From the NCBI GenBank assembly GCA_030141605.1, contig JAQGDQ010000001.1:620001-684000 (forward strand): a DNA stretch of 64,000 nt, written 5' to 3'. Source of the stretch: Tubiluchus corallicola (Eukaryota; Animalia; Priapulida). Under the pieces are notes generated by a model. That model searched no databases and was not told the DNA's origin. It saw only the letters and a program-made list of their open reading frames with translations. Below are positions 43,601 through 54,300 of the stretch, piece by piece (positions within the stretch are counted from its first letter, which is position 1; each line of letters starts with the position of its first letter). A program made the position numbers and the translations under genes.

Positions 43601-46600
43601 CTACATGTAATTTCTTGCCACGAAATTTTTTGTTGTGGGTTCGGTGGCCGAGTAATCTAGATTGCAGACTGTTTTAGAGTGCAGACTGCAACCATGCAGG
43701 CGTGGCTTCGAGACCAGCGACTGCGTCCTTACCGGTATTGCTGTGAGTGTTGTGTTGACTGAGCAAGCATACTAACAAATGTGCTGCCAGTAGTGTCACT
43801 AAGTTAACAAGTTTCATTTTGTCTGAACTGCAAAGAAGTAGTGCATTAAGTTAATGACAAATGTTCATGGTTATACTTAGTTAAGAATTATGTTGATCAA
43901 TATCGTTGGTTTATATCTTGCTAACAGTGTTGTGTTTATCCAAAAAGTGAGTCTGAGCAAGTTTCACTTCAAACCTGCGTTATATTACGTATTAGTAAAT
44001 GAGTACGTTTCATGCAGACATTAATTGTAATTTCATCAGAAGAAATAAACTTGTAACTTCTAAAATTACTTGCAGTTATTGCAAATACTACCACTGCTAT
44101 GAGGTCCGACCGGAAAAAACTTACGGCTGTTTCTTTGGCCCTGGAGTTGAATCAGAGAATCACTGGAAACAAAAACATTGCCTGTGTAGAAAAACCGTCA
44201 GTTGTACAACTCCTAACTAAAGCGCGCTTGAGAGGCTCAAATAAAGGCTTTGGCTTTATCTGAAATCATCATATTGTTGTACAGTAATATTTTATATATA
44301 TATATATATACATACATATATATATATATGCAAATAACTTGATAGCATATATAAAAACTTTTAAAATTTACACAGATGAAAATTATGTATACAGATGATA
44401 ATTTTGTTCATTTATTTAATAGACAACTTTACATCACTATTTAATCTGCCATGTTAACCAGTGCCCAAGTTAACCGAATCTTATTGCCAAACAAAGGGTA
44501 GCTGACTTGATGATTTTTTAATCAATTCATTACCCTATCTCGTTGACTTTATATTTACTTTATCAACACATTTATTACTCTATCTTTGTATATTTTTATT
44601 ACATGTATACGTTGCTGAAAGGTTATAGAGAAAAATAAACTTCATTTGACTTGATTCGAAATGTTTTTGTGAGTTACAATATAAATAACTAGAACAAGTA
44701 TTGTTATTGCAAAAACACTCTATTTTGCAGAAAAAAAATCTATAGTAACTCACTAGCTTCTAATAATATAGGTTAAACATAGTTTCCATGAAATTTAGTT
44801 AGAATGGTTAATACGTTAATGTTGTCTTTATTTACTGTACGTGCATTAATCCAGAAAGTTGTGGCTAGCAGCTAATTCAGCTATGATAATAAGAATTCAT
44901 CACACTTGTATCGTTCATAAAGGCCAATAACAGTCCATACAGGACTGGACTCGCAGTTTCTATATAGCTTCAGTTTAAAAAGATGATTCCCTCCTACAGT
45001 CCTACTTGATGTATTCAATGTTACTTTTGGGTGTCGCCTGTCTTTGATGTGTAGTTTGGTGTACTTTGTAAATTTAGTACGAGAAATCCTGGTGCAGTAG
45101 GATTTTTATTTGTGCTTTACTATTGAACGCGCTAGAGATACCAGTGATGCCACGTCAAGACTAATGCAGCTTATATTTGCCTGTACAAAGCTCTTCGTCA
45201 GTTTTCAACATGCTATGATTATAAACAATGTATAAACTGCATTTTGTCACACGCTCATTTTGCCTTTAGCGCTGTTTATTTAATATATAAGCTTATATAT
45301 AGTACACCATTATCAACGAATCTAAAATGTAAGTTGACAATTGACAACTTCAACTAATTCTGTAAAACTGTAAATAATTGTGGGGATGAGCACATTAAAC
45401 TACCGCTGTCAGAATAACAACATTCGTAGTGAAACCTTGGCTCTAGGAGTAAATTTAAAGTAGAGTTGTTTGAATGTTCGTTACTGAAATGAGTATTGGC
45501 AAAATACTCACTAGGGAAACGGAGAACACACTTAAAATACTGACATAACATTGTAAATTGCAAAATGCTTACTCAAAACGTGCAATGACAAAACGAAACT
45601 CGCATAAAATCAAATGCTTACGTACAAATGGTCTACATTAACTACTAAGGGCAGCATGTAATGGTAACGTTATTGTACTGGTAAAGTGTTAGTTTCAAAT
45701 ATTCAAATGGCGAAGTGTGCTCTAGTGAAATGTGTCACTGGCAAAATGAGATAAAGATTCCAAACAGCTTTTAAGTTTAGATTGTTGCGTTAATTTTATT
45801 AACCACCTCCGTTAATCCTTTTACAGGATCATGGTGTACCTTTTATGGAAACGAGTGCTAAAACGGGAACTAATGTTGATCTAGCATTTATGGCTGTTGC
45901 CAGGTAAATGACAATTACAATTTCAGGTGCACTTACTGAACAATAAATTAATAATCGCAAGTTAGTTGTGCCTTCGCAAATGCGTGCATACTAGATCCAA
46001 CGTTCTTAAATTTCGCCACATGGTAGAATGAATCACTTGTTGCAAAACATAGGAGAGGTTGCTCGAAAAAGCAGCTTGTTGCATATCACAAGCATCGCAT
46101 GTTGTCAAGCCTTTAAATTTATACCTGTTAGAATGTGTTTTTTTTTACCAAACTTCATAGTTTTGCGACGAGCGTGTGTATTGGAAGGATTTACTGAAAT
46201 AGGTCATAAAAACATTGGTCTTTGTGGGGCTCTTAGGGCTTTTTATTATGAACGCTTTATTTAATGAATAAACTTCTGTCGAAACTGTAAGTTGCTAATT
46301 TAATAGGCCTATTTATAAAATAGATTTGTAGTTAATTCTGAAGCATTTCGCAATGAAAACAATAGACGCACTAATTAATATTTTAGAAGTATGCACTCCC
46401 ACAGATTTAAGTTTTTCTTATTACATTGCTTAAAAAACGAAACAGGATATAGCGTTATATAAACAAAAACGTATGACCTATTATTAAACGGGCCAAAATG
46501 TTATTGAAGCAAGAACACTGTAAACTCAATATTAAAAAAATGAAGTTTAATTTTATATAGAATTGGACTTTTCGTCTCGCTAATTTTGGAACTACATGTA

Positions 46601-48660
46601 ATGCTATGGCAATAGGTAGCTAAAACTAATAGCATGAGCTGAGAAAATCCACAGAAAACATACATTCACCATTTAAATCTTTAATATGACTTAAGAAGTA
46701 TACAATGTACAAAGTTGATATCTTTATTTACATAATTTATACAGAAATTACACACCCATGCAACTTAAAGACTGCATGTAGAAGTTACATGCATGGTGAC
46801 TTGTGTTATTTGATTACATAGTGACCCTACATAGTGACTTGTTTTCCTAATCCAATATCGCACCACAGTCTAATTTTATACGTGATGACTTTAGGCATGT
46901 ACTCGTGCCACAAATTTATGAAAGTAATTGCAACAGGCGCAACATAAAACTCTGTTTCTCAATCATTTCCAGTTACAGGATCTGCTTCACAAATTGGAAG
47001 TAAATCCAATGTTTGACAGTTTACGTTATCCCATTGATAGTCTCTTCCCTTCCACATTTGAATGCAGAATTGGCGGCGCCCAGAATTCGGCTCACCTGGT
47101 GCCCAGTTGGTAAATGCAATGTCCTTTCCTGTAGCTGACCACACCCACTTGCCTTGTTCTGCATGGTATACTCCGCTAGTCCAAAAACCGTGATCATGGC
47201 CTATGGAATCTCCTAGTCCACGATTAATGATGGCCGCCAGAATGTGCTGGTTCTCTTCTCGCGTCTCGATGCTGATAAGGTCTCCACCAAGATTTTGGCA
47301 AAGACTTCTTGCTTTGAGCCAGTTTCGCTTGTCCGAATATCCAGAGAAGAATTTGTAGCAGAAGCCAGATATGTAATCAAATCCCTCTATGCAGTTGAGA
47401 CGGCTTTGTCGCTGTTGGTTTAGTGCAAGATCTTTCTGTGTCACCAACTGATGCTCTGCAAACTGAAAAGACAGCTCACTAATTTGTACTTGTACCTCCT
47501 CTTGTAGTTGTTGAACGGCACTGATGTTGCTTACTAACACGCCAAGTGAGGCGAGAATTCGTCTTTCCATCTTCTTCTGCTCATCATGGAATCTTTCAGA
47601 CGCTTTCTGGATCTCATATTTGATATGCTGGATGTCTGAAGCTTTGCATATGTCCACAACTATTGCATTGGTTTTAACTGTGTCCACTGGACAAACAGTT
47701 TTCAAAAACAAACACGCAAAAAGAGTAATCAATCCAAAACGAATGTATCCCATGACTGAAGTATCTTACTATAATTCATTATCACTAAATTGTACCGAAG
47801 AAGTGTTACGATATTTTTTCAATGATACTTTCTTAGCGGTAGAATATAGTTGAAAGAGAAACTGCGCATTCAGCAGCAACGGCTCGCTCTCTTACTAGAT
47901 TTTTGTTCCAGTAACTTTGTAGTACCAGCTTAACTTCCTGTCCACATAGGACGAGAACGGAAACCGCCGGGGTAAAAAACTTGTCCTTGAAACTGGCCAC
48001 TTAAATATTGGGCCATTGGGGCTGCGTTTCGCTAAACGTAAAGCTTACAAGTGGGTCACTAAATTGATGTCAGTTTATAAGTCTTAAGTATAATATTAAA
48101 TCTTACTGAATCGAGTTGGGTTATTCGGTATTACTTACAGGCATGCTAAAAATAGTAAGATACCTAAAATACGAACAATAACAGTTAATTAAGACTTTAA
48201 AATTTCCCCCATTTTTGTGTTAACAATATTAATGTGTTCATTTCTCAGTTCGTGTTCTGCGGTAACATCTGCAAATACAATTTCATTTGCGGACACTCGT
48301 CTGCTTATCCTTATTGAGAAGTAAAAAGTCTTTATTAATAAAGTAATAGTCACGCTTCAACGTTGATGTGAAGTTTCGAAAATATCGATGTGAATGTCTC
48401 GCCCACTTGACACGAAGGTATCCTCCTACTGAGCCCCAAATGGAGGATTGAATGCGAATAATAGTAAAAGAAAAAAGTAAAAAAACTTTTGCAAAATGAA
48501 AGTTTTTTATAATAGTGGAATAGTCAGCAAATTTTACACATGTTTCTTAATTTATAGAGACCTAAAAATGAGGAAAACGCGAACAGCTGACGAACCAAAA
48601 TTCAACGTGACTGAGTACATCAATGCAGAGAAACAACAGACTAGTGGATGCTGTTTGTAA
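14680..48660 (+). CDS. RAB37: Rab26/Rab37 small GTPase, isoform A (distal start, TILV-type P-loop exon), ~236 aa
   Basis: Specific exons: 14680-14695 (MNSDV+G; inferred from a strong AG|GTAAG donor and phase match), 20877-20998 (..[10 protein letters not shown] donor), 23134-23244 ([37 protein letters not shown]). Shared exons: 35747-35788, 36031-36097 ([10 protein letters not shown]), 40214-40266, 41697-41816 (GNKCD), 45827-45903 (ETSAK), 48558-48660 (..SGCCL*). If the first micro-exon is wrong, the start is ATG 20894. Confidence 0.75.
16522..16865. repeat. Degenerate pentanucleotide satellite (TGGTA/TAAGG/TAAGA)n
   Basis: Directly visible; source of the spurious YHTIP ORFs. Confidence 0.9.
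18250..18790 (-). mobile_element. RTE-clade LINE reverse transcriptase remnant
   Basis: Minus-strand frames give [12 protein letters not shown]...[31 protein letters not shown] and [11 protein letters not shown] (RT YADD motif), interrupted by stops and frameshifts; locally higher GC. Confidence 0.85.
21405..23040. mobile_element. Foldback/MITE with TGTT...AACA termini and repetitive long TIRs (Ginger2/TDD-like)
   Basis: Left arm aaattgtaaaaattaccaagtgtgtaaaagctcactacttttgtaaaaaa is the near-exact reverse complement of the right arm at ~22980-23030. Internal (ccactTTTGTAAAA)-type repeats occur in opposite orientations. Flanks cgcat/cgcgt fit a 5-bp TSD with one CpG decay. Confidence 0.75.
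23134..23244 (+). CDS. RAB37: Rab26/37 alternative P-loop/switch-I exon 2a
   Basis: tttcattttag|ACG...ACG|gtgaat; 111 nt, phase 0-0; contains GDSGVGKT; the RabF1 motif reads VGIGF. Confidence 0.9.
25635..25672. repeat. (AT)n microsatellite
   Basis: Directly visible in the sequence. Confidence 0.95.
26559..48660 (+). CDS. RAB26: Rab26/Rab37 small GTPase, isoform B (proximal start, canonical RAB26-type), 219 aa
   Basis: Exons 26559-26645 ([29 protein letters not shown]; in-frame TGA upstream at 26541), 28502-28612 ([37 protein letters not shown]), 35747-35788, 36031-36097, 40214-40266, 41697-41816, 45827-45903, 48558-48660. All GT-AG, 660 nt. G1-G5 motifs and a CC geranylgeranylation tail are present. 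Confidence 0.95.
28502..28612 (+). CDS. RAB26: Rab26/37 alternative P-loop/switch-I exon 2b
   Basis: tag|GTG...AGG|gtaaga; 111 nt, phase 0-0; canonical VGIDF; the acceptor lacks a clear pyrimidine tract. Confidence 0.95.
32780..33090. repeat. Low-complexity (CAC/CAT/CGC)n trinucleotide tract
   Basis: Runs of accaccacc, gccatcgcc and catcatcat. Confidence 0.85.
33875..34531. mobile_element. hAT-type non-autonomous element
   Basis: Termini CAGGGGGGATTAA and cttacaccgccccta. The 8-bp flanks acaataac/ataatagc (6/8 match) fit a hAT TSD. A possible decayed dimerisation-domain remnant lies near 34250-34390. Confidence 0.55.
36230..36500 (-). mobile_element. Partial Helentron-associated (HINE-like) element
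   Basis: Begins tagaaggagggcactcagtagag, the reverse complement of the kind of end seen at 61740-61767, and carries gaccttgac/gacctttgac and aagtttgatgat motifs common in these elements. Confidence 0.5.
38551..38790. mobile_element. Decayed MITE with GGGCCC-type subterminal repeats
   Basis: Starts cacagccaacatgccc and ends gtgagcttgctcag; repeated gggcc/ggccc motifs in both orientations. Confidence 0.4.
40673..41173. mobile_element. Kolobok-like MITE, copy 1
   Basis: TIRs AGGACAAGAAA and TTTCTTGCCCT with ctaa/ttaa flanks; about 320 bp of internal sequence is shared with 50689-50980. Confidence 0.7.
43637..43800 (+). mobile_element. tRNA-derived SINE, copy 1
   Basis: A-box-like GGTGGCCGAGTAA and B-box-like GCTTCGAGACC. 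The tail tgcgtccttac..gtattg.tgt.agtg is shared with the copy at 58275-58450. Confidence 0.65.
46959..47753 (-). CDS. Secreted C-type lectin (signal peptide, coiled coil, one long-form CTLD; perlucin-like), 264 aa, intronless CDS nested in the Rab last intron
   Basis: Hydrophobic N-terminus [17 protein letters not shown] and a Q/E/L-rich heptad neck. CTLD: C..GF....GFCY, W.KAR..C...GG.L.SI...[26 protein letters not shown]. Minus-strand AATAAA at 46723-46728. Confidence 0.93.
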   Translation of the reverse strand: MGYIRFGLITLFACLFLKTVCPVDTVKTNAIVVDICKASDIQHIKYEIQKASERFHDEQKKMERRILASLGVLVSNISAVQQLQEEVQVQISELSFQFAEHQLVTQKDLALNQQRQSRLNCIEGFDYISGFCYKFFSGYSDKRNWLKARSLCQNLGGDLISIETREENQHILAAIINRGLGDSIGHDHGFWTSGVYHAEQGKWVWSATGKDIAFTNWAPGEPNSGRRQFCIQMWKGRDYQWDNVNCQTLDLLPICEADPVTGND

Positions 48661-50539
48661 CTTGTCACAGAAAGAAACTCCGGCACTGGGATGTCAATGT
48701 CAGCTCAACTCGCCATTTTGTGCCCATTTACATTCCCTATTTTGTGTCCAATTATATCACTTTATACATGGAACCCAGGAATCTCTTGCAAGTAAAAAAT
48801 AGTCAGTTTTGAAAGCATTACCTAACAGTTGTGTTTGGAGTCATAGAAAAGTGGTCAGTGTTACTATATTTAAATGTTATATATAAAAAATAATTACTAA
48901 CATACGTTAGTCATCGTTAAATGTTCTATTGCTTGTTGACAGCAATGGCCTTAGGTACAGCAGTATTTTGTTGTTCGTTGAGTCTGCAGTGTTTAATTAG
49001 CTAATGACATTAGGCCTAATTGTATACTTACTAATAAGATTAATAACGTCTGACACTCTGTAATGCGTTTATTTTTCTCCGGTGTGTATACGAGTTATAA
49101 ATAAATTAATGAATGTTCATTGTTATACAACACTTAATTTTTGTTTGTAATGGCTTAAACTTTGAGAAAGCTAAGAGTCAGGATACCGTAACAGACGTTT
49201 CCAGATACATTTGCTCCGTATTTGAAGCAGTTAAAAAGGGGCCTCGGATGCTAAAACTACGTGGCGAATGCGGTGTTAAATTTGGAACGGTAAATTCCGC
49301 ATTCTCAGCTGCTATCAACTACACCACACACTCAACATTGACTGTCTCCGCCAGGAGAATTATCCTCACGCGGTATTGAATATACCTGTCCTAAAAATAT
49401 AGATGATGTAACAAAAGTTATCGAATTTGTTTCACATGTGCATTAAATTTTCAAAACAATATTTAATTGCTGCTGCTAATTAACTTGTTCTGACCACAAG
49501 TAAAAATTTGTTTTAATCAAAGGAAGAAAATAGCAAAAGTAAAAGCGTGTTATAGCTGACGTACACCAATGCTTTCCTGAACATGTCTGGAGGTTTCAGA
49601 AATCGTTTAATGCGTCAAACTACTTTTTCCGTGGATATGACAATGGAATTAGGACTGATGTGATCGCAAGCACGAAAAGTAGTGCGTAATATAAAAAATG
49701 GACATGGACATGTACTTTCTTGCTTTTGGGGGAAGAGTAGTCGTGTTAACAGTGACCTTTTACCTTTGTAACTGTTTAACTAACTACACTGAAACAAGAC
49801 TGAATGAATTCACCTCCAAATGCGCGAGGGTAACATCATTATCATGATTCTATCTGACTATACCCTGTCGAATGCTGTTGTAGCGTATTAACCCACAATG
49901 CCTAAAATGCCCTAAATTCTTAAGAAAAAATTGAATGTAACACGAAGGCCTAGGAGAAGTTGATTGACACTTAAAAAACTGATCTCAACGTCTTTGACCT
50001 TATGTTTGACTATAACCTTGTGCGTTTGCGAGTTAATAGGAATTAAAACTCGAAGGCATACTTTTTGCATTGCGGCTCCTATCTCGGGCCCTTCCAAGGC
50101 CCAAGAATACCAAGTTTTCTAATCATACGGTTGTCGGACCCCCTCCCTCCTTGCGCCAGGCATCTGCCATGTAGATTTCATGGCTCTAGTTAATGTAGCT
50201 TTAGAATTATTTAGTCATACAATCTGGCTCCTATTTGGGCCCTTAAGGAATCCTAGGTTTTTAAAATCCCAGGTGCACGCACTGTGAAACAAATTTAAAC
50301 TTAACTTAAAGCCTTAGAGGCCCGGGAATGACAATCGAAAATGGACTAATGTCTAGTTCCTTGATCCTTCGACCTAGGTCACCTTTAGCATACTATCTTC
50401 AAAGCCTTAGCCGATATGTCTGCCCATTAATTTCGTAACTATCTTGAAACGCTCTCTTTGTTTGCGCGTTAACGTGGATGCACTGATTTCCACATTCAGA
50501 CTCTTGCCTTTAGCCCTTAATCAAATACAACTTATTTAA

Positions 50540-50994
50540 AGCACATGAAAATCCTTCACTTACAAAAAGCTTAAAAAAATCGTCTTGAAATTTTATACCA
50601 CTTACTCACGGCGTTTTTGCATGCATAGCTTATGTCGGTTATAAAGCTGTATATAATATGTGAATTTAAACTCTCGCGAGGCGACCGTTAGGCGCAGCCA
50701 TATTGACGATAAGTCATTTGAGACATTGCGTAAAGCAATCAAGAGCATTCGTAGCGCACAGGTCACTAACTAAATAAAATTTAAAAGTACTGTATCTTGT
50801 CTATAAGATTAAAAATACGTTTTTGGTTAGTGAGTGGTGCATCCTGGAGGGTGAGCCAGCGACATTTTACCAATTGGCACGAACATTTTAAATTATTATT
50901 TCTAGTTACATAAGCCTTTCCAGCAGGTAAGCGAAATGCTAAGTATTACCGATTTGCATGGAAAGTTTTTTGGGACATAATTTCACATTGCCCT
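50540..50994. mobile_element. Kolobok-like MITE, copy 2
   Basis: Direct copy of 40673-41173 (taggcgcagccatattgac...cattcgtagcgcaca...ttggcacgaacatttt...ctagttacataag...ggaaagttttttggga); ttaa at the left flank. Confidence 0.7.
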
Positions 50995-51383
50995 TTCATC
51001 ACATTGCGAGGTAACATGAATGAAAAAGTGGAAAAATGGATGCCCAATATAATGATGAAAAATTAGATATGGGTTCTCTTAGATCCGTGACACTGGCGTT
51101 CAGGGTTAAAAAATTAGTGGTTTCTGCTTTCAGTATCTATCTATTGTGACTGTAAAAATGGCAAAAAACAGTGAACTTCGCAAAATAAGTTTACTTTGGT
51201 TTTTTTTAATAAATCAACAAAAACTTTCACTTACTGATACTGACTCAACAAATTTTCCCTAAACAAACGCCTCTAGTGATATTTAACTTTTAAAATGATC
51301 ACAGTAAAACGATTTCAGCCAGATTTGTGTATTGCTCAGTTACCATTTCTAAATGCTAATTATAAGATGCTTGCACACAAAAA

Positions 51384-54300
51384 TTAAGCCAGAATCCTAG
51401 CAAGTGACATTGGGAATGCATTTCTTAAACTCATACATCTTTCCTTATCGATAAACAAACTGTTTGCTTTGGCATCAACATCTAACTGCAGATTTTCTTT
51501 AGTTTCTAGTAGAATACTATGCGCGTTCTCAGCTTGTTTTAGTTTATCCTGTAGATCCAGCATTGTGTTGCGGAGGCCATGAATTTCAGAAACCAATCTA
51601 CAAGCAAAAAAGTGTTACTAAAAAAATCTATAGAATATAGGAAAGCATGACGTCATTATGAATTTGGCCATAAATTTAAAGTATACTAAATTACGAGTTG
51701 CATTGCGATAATTTCTCCGGCCATTAACTTCGGCTTGAATGGTTACAGCGACAGCGTGGCTACAAAGAAGTATAAGATAGAAATTTTCTTGACCTAACTA
51801 CTTTACCTGACCTGGTAAACAAAGACCATTTCTTTGTGACGTATCTTTCAATTTCTTACGCTAGATTACATTAACTTGAGAAACTTATTTTTCTTACTTC
51901 TGGTGAGCTTCGTCACGACATAGCTCCACATTGGGCCTATCAGCTCTAACCCTGATTCGCGTTTCGGCCACTTTCAATGGCGCTTCCAAGTCCTTCAAAG
52001 ATTTTCTCAACAAATCAATGTTCTTCTCACTGTCAAATATCTCAGTCAAAACCTGAACAAAGTAAAAAATAGTGATCACTTCCAAGCAGTTACTGACAGA
52101 AGGTATCACTTCGCCAGTGGTACGGTTCACCAGTGTGGTGATTTGCCAATGATACGGTTCGCCACTAATACAGTTCACGAGTGATGCGGTTCGCCAATGG
52201 TACAGTTCGCCACTAATATGCTTTGCCAGTGGTATGGATTGGGCAGTACACACTCGCTAGCAAAATTTCTCTACTATATTAATATATACTATCTCTATAT
52301 ATATTGTAATACCTTATGTATAATGGGCCTAGACCCGAATAGTCAGTGACTAAAGTTTCAAGCCATTTGGGGTATTGCTTAAGAAGTTATGCCTCTTTTT
52401 TAAGAAAACCTCTTTTCGCCACGTCCCAAAAAGTCTTTTTGGCGCTGAACATCAGTGTGGTGGAAAAGATCCCGATCCCTACCCAGAAATGCTACCTTTT
52501 TTCGGAAACCTTGCTACAGTCAGGTAAGATCAGATAAGTCTACATATAACTCTTATAGACAGTGTTTTGTGTTTTGTACAAAAAGATTCCTCCGGACATG
52601 ACTAGTTTTTTTTCAACTCATTTCAATGAAATTCAGTGTGGTAGAGGGCATCACTATGCACCAGCCGCGCAAAAATGGCTTGAATGGAACTCAAAATAAT
52701 GGAAATACGACGATTTAATCTTTTGTTGGAAACGTTATTCGCCTAGATTTTTTTGATAGGTATGCTATTTCGCCCTAATTTGAATTCTAATCATAACACC
52801 GTAACTACGTAGCCGGCTAAAAAGAAATTTTAAATTCTGAAACCGTGTTCGCCTAAATCTTTTTCAGTAAAAAAATCGCTACCTTAAACGGGTACGAATA
52901 AAAGCTAACCCTAGTTTGTAGCCAAAGTTACTATAAGCCTTGCTGTTAGATTCCATTTTTAAACCTCTTGTTTACAAATGTTTATCTTTATAGCATAACA
53001 TCGAAAAGAAATGACTGAGAAACTTGATTTTTGGCGTGAACCCTTAAAATGGACCACATTTTGATCTCTCTAAATATGGTTCATCTGTATTGAGTCTAAG
53101 TTGCCCTTTGGCCTTCAAACTTGATCAAAATTTGGGCTACTTTTTACTAAAAAAACATGCTAGTTTTGAAATTGATGTGCTACAAATCCGTGCAGGAGCG
53201 CCATGCGTCGACATGCTTAACAGACTATAATGAATGACCCATTCCCTATTGGGTCCCAAGTCATTAGCTCCTGGAAAACCAAGATTATGCGGCATCTTTG
53301 TTTAAGTTTACCATTAAGTTAATCTGTACTGAAGCGCCCATGTTTTTTCTGTAGATTGTTTGTGTCACACATCACTGGATTCTTCATGAAACGTGGAATT
53401 AGAACCGGGTCATCAAAATTGCCAGTCGTGTTTTGTTTGGCCAGAAAGTGCCAAAAAGTAGGGTGGTACAATACATACCCAAATGCATTCATTCAGAGTC
53501 TACTGTTCTTTCCATTGTATGATACTTAGTTTGCGAGATACAGTTTTTAAATAGTCCAAAAACTAGGAAGCCCAACCAGACCGTATTTGGCGTGCTTTAG
53601 TGGGGTGGAGGGCCACTCGACAGTATGATTCCAGGTCGTAATCCTGCGATCCGCTTGAGTTATGAGACAGAAAACGTCATTTTGATTAATTTAAAAGTTT
53701 GACTGTACTAGTGGCGAACTGTGCCATTGGCGAACTAACACATTTTGTTAATAAGGTCATAACACAGCACAGAACTGTTACTGGCGAACCGTACCACTGG
53801 TGAACTATACCACTGGCGAACCGAACCAATTGCGAACTTTGCCACGGCCGAACCATACTAGTGGCGAATCATACCACTGGCGAACTGTCAACTGACGAAA
53901 TGGGTGGATATCTTAACAGAATTACTGAAATTTATGCTATAGCAATACCGTAATGTAAAACCATTTTAGTTGTTTTTATTAACTTTACATTTTGCTGCAG
54001 TGCAATGCAGTAAAATTACAACTACCAAGGTTCACTCTTCACACATGTTACTGTGTGATGTGAAGTAGTGAATGTGAGTAGTGAGGGTAGTTCCATCCAT
54101 CTTACCCAGCAAAGAAATGTGTATTATCTAAAATGTTAGACAAAAAAAACAGTAGTGGTGATTATTCTTATATATTATAGATAGCACAAAGGTGTCAGGT
54201 TCTTGCATAGGTCGTAGCAAAATTACGTAGGCAACTAAAATTACGCAGGCTATTTTCGGCAACTTGCTACACAGAATTGAGTACTATTTGGCAAGCACAC

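Noticed and set aside
43637-43730. Possible tRNA gene
   Set aside because: Stems do not pair, there is an internal duplication, and the tail is shared with a second copy: a SINE.
47524-47853. Plus-strand ORF overlapping the lectin (also 3987-4286 over CBX and 62936-63232 over tektin)
   Set aside because: Antisense shadows of real coding exons.
48661-48795. About 44 open codons after the Rab TAA (possible readthrough)
   Set aside because: TAA is the least leaky stop, the extension would bury the CC prenylation site, and this length can arise by chance.
52110-53900. Regularly spaced short repeats superficially like a CRISPR array
   Set aside because: No unique spacers, inverted arms, no cas genes, and a eukaryotic intron context.
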